DNA of 64,000 nucleotides from positions 64,001 through 128,000 of the IMG/VR virus record IMGVR_UViG_3300021255_000152; one strand, 5' to 3'. The DNA is from a virus (Duplodnaviria; Caudoviricetes). Below the pieces are notes generated by a model that was given only the letters and a program-made list of their open reading frames with translations, did no database searches and was not told the origin of the DNA. Made by a program: the position numbers and the translations under genes. Below, one piece after another: positions 10,893 through 19,932 of this stretch (positions are counted from its first letter, which is position 1; each line of letters opens with the position of its first letter).

Positions 10893-12210
10893 AATCTTTT
10901 TGTAGTTCCTCCTTTAAGTATGCTGGCATATATAATTGCTGAATTAAATATTGTTTTAAAGTAGGATTTAATTTAACAAATTCTTTTGGTGTTAAATTTC
11001 CTAATTTATCATAAATATATGGGACAATAGCTTTTCAAAATTTACATTGTGCAGAATATGGCTTTAATCCTTTTGATTCTTTTAAAGAACAATTCAAACA
11101 GCCTTGACCGCAAACAGGAAGATAATCACAGTTTAAACATTGATTTTGTATTTGAGTTTGTTTTAGTTGTTGTAATTTTAAGCTTTTATCTCCATTAAAG
11201 AAATCTTTAATTGAATTAAGCTCATCTATATTGCAAACATGCATTTCTTCAATACTTGTGTCATCACATCTATATAATTCACCATCTGCGTTAATACAAA
11301 TACGATTTGAATATAAGCAATTATCTAAATTGCATATCTCAGCAGAACGATTTAATGCTCGACGTATATAAGCGAGAGCAGATCGTTCTGGAACTCTTGG
11401 ATTATTATCATATATAAAAAATTCTAAATATTTTTTATACTCTTGGATAAATTCATCTATATCTAAGAATTTTTCTAATGGATTATTAGTAGTACCAAAT
11501 ACTGCATTAAAACTAAAAGGAACTCCATTATCAGAAGCCTTTTTAGAATCTGCAATTAAATTTTTAACATTTTGTTTAGTAATTACAGATATTATAAAAT
11601 AAAAATTAGATAATTTTTCTTGAGATAATTCATATCCTCTACATTGCTGCCCACTTCAGTCATAACTGGTTCCAATAGGAACATTATATTTATCTAAAAG
11701 ATATTTTCATTCATCATCTAAAAGAGTTCCATTACTTTGTGCATTAAAAATTAATTTTATATCTTCTTTAATAGCATATTTATACATTTCTAAACAAACA
11801 TCATCAAATCATTGTTTATCTACTGTTAAGAACTCTCCTCCATGTCAAGTTCATTCGATTTTTGAATAACCTTCTTCATTTAATAATCTAAGTAATCTTA
11901 AAATGCGCTCTTTTGATAAAACCATTCTTGGTTTTTGCTGATTTTTTTTATCAAAACAATAAATACAGTTTTGATTACAAAAATTTGTCACTTTACAAAT
12001 AACTTCACAATTATTATAACAATGATGATCGTTTCAATCTCCTTGGAATGTTTTTTCTGAATCCTTTTTTCCCAAAAGAACTTGTAGATATTCGTTTTTT
12101 AATAAAGAGTAATAATTTTGAATTCCTTCTTCTGTAGTTTCATCAATAACTTGATTAAAGTCAATGTTTGGAAGATAATTATCAAAATCTATATAATCAC
12201 TATATTTCAT
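10870..12210 (-). CDS. Radical SAM/SPASM enzyme with ~65-aa N-terminal extension (446 aa; TGA=Trp)
   Basis: KVTNFCNQNCIYC, EWTWHGGE (TGA at 11845), QSNGTLL. SPASM C..C..DGELYRC..CLNCDYLPVCGQGC..C. 7 TGA. Confidence 0.9.
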
Positions 12211-12598
12211 TGAAACCTCCTATATAATGAATAAAATCATTATCTTGTTTATTTTCTTGTGGAGATTTTAAAATATAAATAGTTAATTTATTTTCAATAC
12301 AATATTGAATTATCACATTGATATATTGTAAGGGATAATCTTTAGAAAGGTCAAAGATAACACCACCATTTATAATATCTATATTATTAATTAAATTTTC
12401 AACAGAAGTTTTTGTTATTTTTGTAAAAAGATAATATAAATCAATTCTAGAATCTCAATTATTAGCAATAAATCTTTTTTTAAAAAATTCTGGAATTATT
12501 TTATCTTCAAAAGATAAAGCTATCTTGCATTCTTCTGTTTTGTCGAAAACATGACGAATATTTTTATAAATATCTTTATCATATTGAAAAATTTTCAT
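12200..12598 (-). CDS. Hypothetical protein (132 aa; TGA=Trp)
   Basis: MKIFQYDKD...IGGFNEI with 1 TGA. Fills the space between the putative substrate gene and the rSAM gene. Confidence 0.65.
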
Positions 12599-12600
12599 AA

Positions 12601-13782
12601 TTAATCTCCTGTTCCTAAATATGTAAGTAAATCTTGAATATCAATAATTTTTTGATTTTCAATAAATTCATCTACTCCTCCACCAGTAGAATAATTTGGG
12701 TTATTTCCTGTTCTTAAATTATAAGCTGTTGATGTTCCTTGGCGCATTTGAAGAATATCTTCCCATGTAATAATGGTAAAATTAGAAACTACTGGACTAT
12801 TTGTAAAAGTAACAGTAGTTTGACCCATTGCAGTGAGAACTTTATTTACTTCTCCTTGTACCTGATCTTCATTTGGTTTAGTATAATAGTCAGTATTTCA
12901 AGTAGGAGCTGTATAGTGATAAATTCTAATTGGAGAAGAGACTGCGGCATAAGTGGTTTCGTATGCGGTTGTATCTTGTCTAACATTACTATAACCAGTA
13001 CCATTATTTGATGCAGTAACTGCATTGGTAGCATGATTTTCAATATGATGATAAGTTCAGCCATTTCCTGAAGGAATAGCACTCCAACTACCATTATCAT
13101 AAACAGTAACACCAATTTTATACCAACCAGCGGTTAATGAAGTAGCTGTTCAAGTATAAGAGGTTGAAGTCTGTTCTGATAATAAGGTCCAATTTCCATA
13201 AGTACCGTTTTGGGTAGCACAATATTGATAATATATACGAAATTTTGTGGCTGTGCTAGTATTATCATCAGAATATATTAATGATGTTAATATAATTTTT
13301 ATAGATTTGCTGTTATAATATCTAGAATTTGCAAATGTTGAACCAGATACTTGAGGTGCTTTATTGGTAGTGTTTGTTGGAGTTCTTCCAGTTTCTACTG
13401 TTGTATTAACTGCTGCAGTGTTGGTGTGATTATTATATCCAGTATTTCTATGGTTACTATATCCACTATTTGTATGGTTATTATATCCGCTTTTAGTATA
13501 TCCACCATTGTTTGTGTGGTCATCATAACCTCTGTCGTTATGATTTGCGTATCATCCATCATTCATAGTTCATCCAGAACTTCTTCTATCGGTATGATCG
13601 TCACTACCGCTATTTCTATGGTTGCTATAATTTCTATGGTTATTATATCCAGTATTTCTATGGTTATTAGCACCAGACTGAGAATAATTATTATAACCTG
13701 ATTGACGATATGCAGAATTTGTATGTCTATAATTTATTCTATATCCATTGGTATGAACCGCTTTTTGATGAGATTTAATCAT
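12601..13782 (-). CDS. Putative modification substrate: Y-x-N/H-x-N repeat array + Thr-rich linker + Ig/Fn3-like domain + C-terminal domain (393 aa; TGA=Trp)
   Basis: ATG 13782 behind AAAGGAG. A single frame links ORFs 13570..13836 and 12601..12828 through TGA at 13570, 13552, 13150, 13057 and 12898. Confidence 0.85.
13414..13755 (-). repeat. Degenerate coding tandem repeat, unit ~(S/T)GY(N/S/D)(N/D)H(R/T)(N/D)
   Basis: For example SGYNNHTN SGYSNHRN TGYNNHTN. DNA unit AACCATAGAAATACTGGATATAAT recurs. Confidence 0.85.
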
Positions 13783-14734
13783 TTTCTTTCTCCTTTCTAT
13801 ATCCAAGACAGGCGCAATAAAGTCCCGTTCGAGCATGTCTTGGACAAGATAAGCATTCTTTTTGAGGCGGAGTTTTTCTTAGAGAATCTTCTTCCGCATG
13901 AAGTAAATCTAATATTTCATCAAAAGTTTCAAACTCTGATAAAGCATGTTTGAACTTGTTGCATCCAAAACAACCAATAATATCTAATTCTGGCGTAACA
14001 TCTAAGGCAGAACCATCACAAGCAAAACTTCCAAAAAATGATGGGTCTATCTTCATAGCAAATGCAACGAAATCATCGTCATATGCGCAAATAGGCGGAT
14101 TATTACAATCGCAAGAAAATGTTACATTATATTTGGTTGCCCAAGTCAGCATTTCTTTTAATATAGGTTGAAATTCATGAAAATACTGTTTAAAATTAAA
14201 ATCTTTAGATAATTTCATATTTGGTACAGTAATTGACCATCTAATATCAGAAATATTATATTTTGCAATAATGTCTTCCCAAAAGCTCATATCTTGATGC
14301 GGATCAAAAATATTAATACTAATACGACTTACAGCATTTGGAATGCATAAAGAAAGATAGTCTAAATTACGTTCTATCGTAGGAAGAAATTGCGGATTAT
14401 TGTTAATATTTGGTAAAAATTCAATAAAAATTTCATCACTATATTCCACAATTTTTTGAGCAAATTCAAAAGAAAATGAAAAATTAGAAAAAACTAACAC
14501 GGAAGAAAAACAATCATAAGAAATTATAATATCTAATAAATCAAAAAATTGCGGATGTAATGATGGCTCTCCTCCGATAAGTCTAACATTTTTTTCATTA
14601 TTTTGCTTTAAAAAATCTAAATATATTTTAAAGTTATCTAAATTTATATTTTTTACTGTATTTGTTTTCATTTCTGTTTGCGCGAAGCAATAAGGACAAT
14701 GAAAATTGCAATAAGTATTTATCATTAAGTTCAT
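13775..14734 (-). CDS. Radical SAM enzyme with Cys-rich C-terminus (319 aa), first gene of operon
   Basis: CNFHCPYC, IGGEP, and C-terminal C..GCFGC..CLSC..CAC. No in-frame TGA. Confidence 0.9.
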   Translation of the reverse strand: MNLMINTYCNFHCPYCFAQTEMKTNTVKNINLDNFKIYLDFLKQNNEKNVRLIGGEPSLHPQFFDLLDIIISYDCFSSVLVFSNFSFSFEFAQKIVEYSDEIFIEFLPNINNNPQFLPTIERNLDYLSLCIPNAVSRISINIFDPHQDMSFWEDIIAKYNISDIRWSITVPNMKLSKDFNFKQYFHEFQPILKEMLTWATKYNVTFSCDCNNPPICAYDDDFVAFAMKIDPSFFGSFACDGSALDVTPELDIIGCFGCNKFKHALSEFETFDEILDLLHAEEDSLRKTPPQKECLSCPRHARTGLYCACLGYRKEKEND

Positions 14735-14752
14735 AGTCTATACCTCAATATA

Positions 14753-14781
14753 ATTCTATCAAAAAAAAACGCTTCTGTCAA
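14753..14781 (-). promoter_or_regulatory. Near-consensus sigma-A promoter of the radical-SAM operon
   Basis: TTGACA-17 bp-TAGAAT with TG extension. Confidence 0.75.
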
Positions 14782-14890
14782 GACCTATTATGTTTAAAAA
14801 AAGGTCTAAAATAATTAATATTAAACGGCCAATTTATGTTAAAAGCCTTTTTGACTCTTTAAAATACAAGAGAGAGAAAGGAGAAGAAAT

Positions 14891-17368
14891 ATGTTAAATT
14901 TATGCTTACCTATGAAGGTGATTAACATTACTCAACATTCTGGTAGTAATTTTAGTCATCCAAATGGCGCACTCGATTTAGCAGGTTCTGATGCTGGAGT
15001 AGATTTTGCTTTTGCTCTTGGTAATTACTGAAGATGTATTGCAGGACCTTGAGGAAGTAATACGTATTTCTTCACCGCATCTGACGCAAAAGGTAATCCA
15101 GTTACAGTTCATTGCGCGGATGGAGTGAATAGAATTGTTACCGTAGCTATGACTCATAGTAATTTAAGGTATAATAAACCTATTATTGGTAAAGTTTATT
15201 CTGATGGTGAAGCGATATATGAAGAAGGTACTGCAGGTCAAGCAACAGGTAATCATATTCATTTTGAAGTGGCAGAAGGCTTGCATTATAGTAAAACAAA
15301 AGACTATAATTTAAATGTATATCGTATGCCAAATGAATTAAAACCAGAAGATGTTTGCTTTATCTGTGATAGTTTCTCTAAAGTTAAGAGCATGGGTGGA
15401 GTAACGATGAAACATTGTGATACACCTTATTATGAAACGCAAGATACTAAACCAGTATTAGGAACACTACGCGGTATTGATATTAGTAACTGGCAGGCAA
15501 GTATGGATGTGGCTGCGGTCAGTGCTGATTTCGTAATCCTAAAAGCTAGTGAAGGCGTAGATTGGAAAGACCCTGCGTTCGATACATTACTTGAAAAGGT
15601 TAAGAAAACCGATAAGTTAATCGGTTTTTATCATTTTGCACGTCCAACCGCAAACAACACTCCAGAAGCTGAAGCTGAAAGTTTCTTGAAGTTTATTACT
15701 CCTTCTGGATTAATTGGCAAGGCTATTCTAGCTTTGGACTGGGAAGCTGAAAATAAACAAAATGTTGCTTATGCTAAAGCATGGCTTGACTATGTTTATA
15801 ATAAAACAGGTGTTAAGCCTTGGATTTATATGAGTGAGTCTGTTACCAAGAATTATGATTGGAGTTCTGTTGCAAACGCTGGTTATCCTCTTTGGGTAGC
15901 TAAGTATAGAGATAAGTCTCAAGATTATAATTATGATATGACTAATGCGGGAACAGCACCACAGGTTAATTATTGGAATAATTATATTATGTGGCAATGG
16001 ACTGGTGTTGGTAGATTAGACAGTTATAATGGAGATATTGATTGCAATTTATTCTACGGAACTGCTGATACTTGAAGAAGTTTAGCTGCTCCAGTAGAAG
16101 ATGAATTAGCACAATATACTGACCTTGAGCTTGCGCACATGGTTCTTGAAAATAAGTTCGGCACAGGCGAAGAACGTAAAAAAGCTTTAGGCGATAGATA
16201 CAAAGCGGTTCAATTAATTGTAAATCAATTAGTTAAAGAACAGCAAGAACAAAAGCCTTCTATTGATGTTGGACCTGTTGTCAAATATTCAATTCAATAT
16301 AATGGATTAACTGTTCATATTGCAAAGATCAAAAAAGATCAAGAGATTAGAGGTTCTGTTGATGGAAATAGATATGGGGTTAAATATGATAAAACTGTTC
16401 CAGCAGGATTCTCTGATAAGGATTTACTTAATGCCGGTTATCAAGAAGCTTGCGCGCAAAATGGTTCAACATTCTATTCATGGAATGGCGCCACTTATGC
16501 AGAAGGCATTGAGATTTCTAAGGGTATAAATAATCAAGATTTTTATATGGATGCAGTTTCTAAATTTAATAGTGTTATGGCTATTGGATTTCCATATACT
16601 GGTGGAATTGTATTTGCGCCACAAAAAGAAATTGTTGAAACTTATTCTAGATATTATGGAGCAGTAACGGGCATTTTTGGAATTATTTATGAAGGAAAAC
16701 AAAATGCTATGGGAAGTTCTATTAACCGCAATGGAGGATTTACTGTAAAAAGTGGGCGTTCTATCCTTGCGGAAGATGAAGATTACTATTATTCTATTTG
16801 TTTTGTTGGAGATACTGGTTCTACTGGTCTTACTGGAAAAGAGCTTTATAATTTATGTATAACCGTGTCTAAAAATATGATTAATGCTATTTGCTTTGAT
16901 GGTGGTGGAAGTGTATTCCAAAGAATTGAAGGTGAATATACAATCAATACTACTCGTCAAGTTAAAAATGGTATTATGTTATTTATTAAAGATGATGAAT
17001 CTACTTCACAAGAACCAAAAGATGAAACACCAGTAAATCCTTTAGATAAATATTCTGACGAAGAGTTGGCAGATATGGTTCTTGACGGAAAATTTGGTTC
17101 TGGGGATGCACGAAAAGAAGCTCTTGGAAATAGATATATAGCAGTTCAAACTATCGTTAATATAAGAGTTATTAACGCTTATTTAAGAGCAGGAGATAAA
17201 ATCCGTATTAAAAATAATGCTAAAGATTTAAATACAGGAACTACTTATATCAAATCAGTCTATTTAACAGTATATAAAGTAAAAGAAATTTCTGAAAATA
17301 GAGTAGTATTTGGTACAGATAATGCAATTATTGGCGTTGTTTCTAAAGATAATATTATATTAGAATAA
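14891..17368 (+). CDS. Multidomain endolysin: M23-like peptidase + GH25 muramidase + Cpl-7-like repeat + phosphodiester-glycosidase-like domain + Cpl-7-like repeat (825 aa; TGA=Trp)
   Basis: AAGGAG RBS. HPNGALD and GNHIHFE (M23-like); GIDISNWQ..KASEG..GFYHF..LDWE..WQWTG (GH25); two LAxMVLxxKFGxGxxRKxALGxRYxAVQxIVN repeats; AICFDGGGS. TGA at 15029, 15050, 16073. Confidence 0.85.
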
Positions 17369-17381
17369 GGAGGAAAAGGAT

Positions 17382-17810
17382 ATGATTAATAATTTCACAG
17401 CATTAGCAGTTGTTGCTATGTTTATTGAAGCATTTATCACTTATGGTAATACTATTGCTAAAGAACATCGTATTCAATGGCAAATTGTCTTTGCTTTTGT
17501 TGTTGCGTTAATTCTTTGCTACAATAGTGATTTGAACTTATTCCAATTCATGGGATTATCTGAAAAATATCCTATTATTGGAATCGTATGTACTGCACTT
17601 GTTATGTGTAGAGGCTCTAACTACTTCTTTGAGTTCTATAAGCAATTAAGTAGCTGGCGTGCAAACAATCCAACAAAACCAGAAGATGTTAAGGATGATT
17701 TCTTATTCGCATCTAAGGAAAAAGTTGAAGAAGCTGTAGCACAAGAAAACGAGCTTCAGGAACCAAAAGACGAGATTGAACAAGAAGACGTAAAAGTTGC
17801 TAATCGTTAA
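17382..17810 (+). CDS. Holin
   Basis: Three hydrophobic segments, RGSNY motif, acidic tail. Directly after the endolysin. Confidence 0.7.
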   Translation: MINNFTALAVVAMFIEAFITYGNTIAKEHRIQWQIVFAFVVALILCYNSDLNLFQFMGLSEKYPIIGIVCTALVMCRGSNYFFEFYKQLSSWRANNPTKPEDVKDDFLFASKEKVEEAVAQENELQEPKDEIEQEDVKVANR

Positions 17811-17817
17811 AATTTTC

Positions 17818-17847
17818 TTGACTTTTGGAGAAAAAATTTAGTATAAT
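17818..17847 (+). promoter_or_regulatory. Sigma-A-type promoter upstream of the hsp20/suppressor-tRNA/GT8 unit
   Basis: TTGACT-18 bp-TATAAT. Confidence 0.6.
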
Positions 17848-17868
17848 AACAATGTAAGGAGAACTGAT

Positions 17869-18054
17869 ATGGTATTATACGTTGATACACATGATGAATT
17901 AAAAAAGGTAGAGAATTTTCTATTTAGATTTATTTATCCAGAAGAGTTCTCTTTACATATTGTTATTAGAGATGAAGAGGAAGTTGGTGAATATTACAGA
18001 TATAGAACTGTATATAACGAATTTGCTCACGGTCTCGTTTTAGAAACTTTTTAG
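17869..18054 (+). CDS. Hypothetical protein
   Basis: 61-aa ORF, AAGGAG RBS. Confidence 0.6.
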   Translation: MVLYVDTHDELKKVENFLFRFIYPEEFSLHIVIRDEEEVGEYYRYRTVYNEFAHGLVLETF

Positions 18055-18081
18055 ATTTTATTTTTTGGAGGTATTTTTATT

Positions 18082-18453
18082 ATGATTTTTGATTATGATT
18101 CTTTTTTTAACTGGGATAAGCCAGCATATACTTTTAGTCGCTCTGTCCATGATATGTCACCGTATAAAATTAAAACTTTAGAAGATAGAGTTGTATTGGT
18201 TCATAATATCGTGGGTGTTAAAGAGAAAGATATTAAAGTTGATATTGTAAATGAAGACGGAAGAGATCAGCTTGTCATTGAAGGTGTAACTCACAATGAC
18301 GTATTGAACTATGATTATAAAGTTAAATCTAAATTTGATATTAAAGCTGATATGTTTAAAAACGTCACATATAGTGTAGAGGATGGACTTCTTTACATTA
18401 ATTTGTATAAAAAAGAACCAGAAGTAGCAAAATTAACTGTTACTAAAGCTTAG
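18082..18453 (+). CDS. Small heat-shock protein (Hsp20/alpha-crystallin)
   Basis: GVKEKDIKVDI..LVIEG..VEDGLLYINLYKK. Confidence 0.75.
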   Translation: MIFDYDSFFNWDKPAYTFSRSVHDMSPYKIKTLEDRVVLVHNIVGVKEKDIKVDIVNEDGRDQLVIEGVTHNDVLNYDYKVKSKFDIKADMFKNVTYSVEDGLLYINLYKKEPEVAKLTVTKA

Positions 18454-18480
18454 TAGGTAGAGATTTCTCTACCTTCTTAT

Positions 18481-18551
18481 AGGGGTATCGTTCAACGGTA
18501 GGACAGTGGTCTTCAACACCATATATGTGGGTTCGAATCCTACTACCCCTG
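18481..18551 (+). tRNA. tRNA-Trp with UCA anticodon (opal suppressor)
   Basis: Cloverleaf: AGGGGTA/TACCCCT acceptor with G discriminator (Trp-like); D arm GTTC/GGAC; anticodon arm GTGGT-CT TCA AC-ACCAT (TCA at 18513-18515); T arm GTGGG-TTCGAAT-CCTAC. Confidence 0.92.
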
Positions 18552-18569
18552 CTATTATTGAGGTGTTTT

Positions 18570-19253
18570 ATGAAATATGCTTATGTTACATTGTTAAGTT
18601 CTGATGATTATATTTGAGGAGTCCTTGGATTAAAATATAGTTTAGAAAAAAATAATTGTAAATATCCGCTAGTCACAATAGTAACAAATGATATTTCTCA
18701 AAAAAATTTAAATTTATTAAAACAAGAAAATATTATTATTAAATTAGTAGAAAAACAAGTTTTTCAGAATATCTCAAATGACCATAGATATAAAACTTGT
18801 ATAAATAAGCTATATATTTTTGGTTTAAGTGAATATGAAAAAATATTTTTTCTTGATGCTGATTGTATTGTTATTTATAATTTAGATTTTTTATTCAATT
18901 ATGATCTTCCAATATTTTCTATAATTCCAGATATAGAAACTTCTTATAGTCGTGGATATATTTGAGGAGGTGCTTTTTTAGTAAAACCTTCTTTAAAATT
19001 AAAAGAATACTTTTTTCAAATAGCACCAAATTTTGATACTGATGAAAAAATTCTTAATGATTTTTTCCAAAATTTTAATTTTAAAATTTTTAATGCAAGC
19101 TTTTTTATCATACACGACTATAATCCGATTAAAAAGTATTGGGAGAGATATTCTTTAAAAGATAAAGAAAAAATAAAAAATTTTATTGATAATTCAACAT
19201 ACTTAATTATGGAAAAAACAAATTGAATATATTCAGAAATTTTACCACATTAA
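18570..19253 (+). CDS. Glycosyltransferase family 8 (glycogenin-like) (227 aa; TGA=Trp)
   Basis: Absent from the ORF track (3 TGA). YAYVTLL..DDY..GV..L..SL and KLYIF.L.EYEKIFFLDAD (DxD motif). Confidence 0.85.
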
Positions 19254-19260
19254 AAAAAAT

Positions 19261-19299
19261 AAAGGGAGTAACCAATTAAGGTTACTCCCTTTTTATTTT
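19261..19299. terminator. Bidirectional terminator
   Basis: AAAGGGAGTAACC-AATTAA-GGTTACTCCCTTT flanked by A and T tracts, between convergent genes. Confidence 0.75.
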
Positions 19300-19863
19300 T
19301 TAATTATTATCTTCATCATATTGAAGAGCATCATATCCTATATCTCTATGACGATGACCTTCTAAATCTTCTGCTGTTACATAAAGTTCATCATCACCAT
19401 GATTTATCTCTAATCGATCATGTTCTTTAACGATTGGCAATCTGGTTGCTTTTTGATAATATAAGTCACCTTGGCTATTGCCACCTAATGAATTATAAAT
19501 TTTATGTAGTTCTGCGAGTCTATCAAATTGATATTGAGTTATTTCACCTTGAGCGATATACTTTTTACAAGTATTAATTAATTGATATTTATAAAAAGCA
19601 AGATTCTGTTCGCGCAAAGTAAGAAAATCTCTTTCAACATGTTCGAGATGTTCAACTGCTTCATTATACTTCTTTTGGAAATAATTCATATGGTCCATCA
19701 TTGTGGCCTTAATAAATTCGGCCATTTCTGCCTTGTCAAAGGAGGCTGCTTTTTGTTGCGTCTCCTGGCCCTTCTTTGCCAATTGGTCCAAGATTGATTT
19801 TATAAGGAATCCTCCAACGGCAACAAGAATATAGGTTAATAAGGCATCTGCTGATATTGTCAT
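19300..19863 (-). CDS. Membrane-anchored coiled-coil phage protein (holin-like / lysis-associated family)
   Basis: N-terminal TM segment and IYNSLGGNS motif. Confidence 0.55.
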   Translation of the reverse strand: MTISADALLTYILVAVGGFLIKSILDQLAKKGQETQQKAASFDKAEMAEFIKATMMDHMNYFQKKYNEAVEHLEHVERDFLTLREQNLAFYKYQLINTCKKYIAQGEITQYQFDRLAELHKIYNSLGGNSQGDLYYQKATRLPIVKEHDRLEINHGDDELYVTAEDLEGHRHRDIGYDALQYDEDNN

Positions 19864-19932
19864 AATTGCGTCCTCCCTTTCCCTCTTTCAAAGTTTGTCG
19901 AATATACTAAAGAAGGTTATAATTAGTCTTAC

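Noticed and set aside
13414-13755. CRISPR array or DGR repeat
   Set aside because: The repeats are degenerate, in frame and lack spacers. No cas or reverse transcriptase gene is in the window.
12739-14171. ORF-track entries 12739..13011, 12846..13115, 13351..13701, 13702..13953 and 13950..14171
   Set aside because: Antisense or off-frame shadows of the substrate and rSAM genes.
18481-18551. tRNA-Sec, or TGA=Gly (table 25)
   Set aside because: Short variable loop and 7-bp Trp-type acceptor. TGA sites match Trp motifs, not Cys or Gly.
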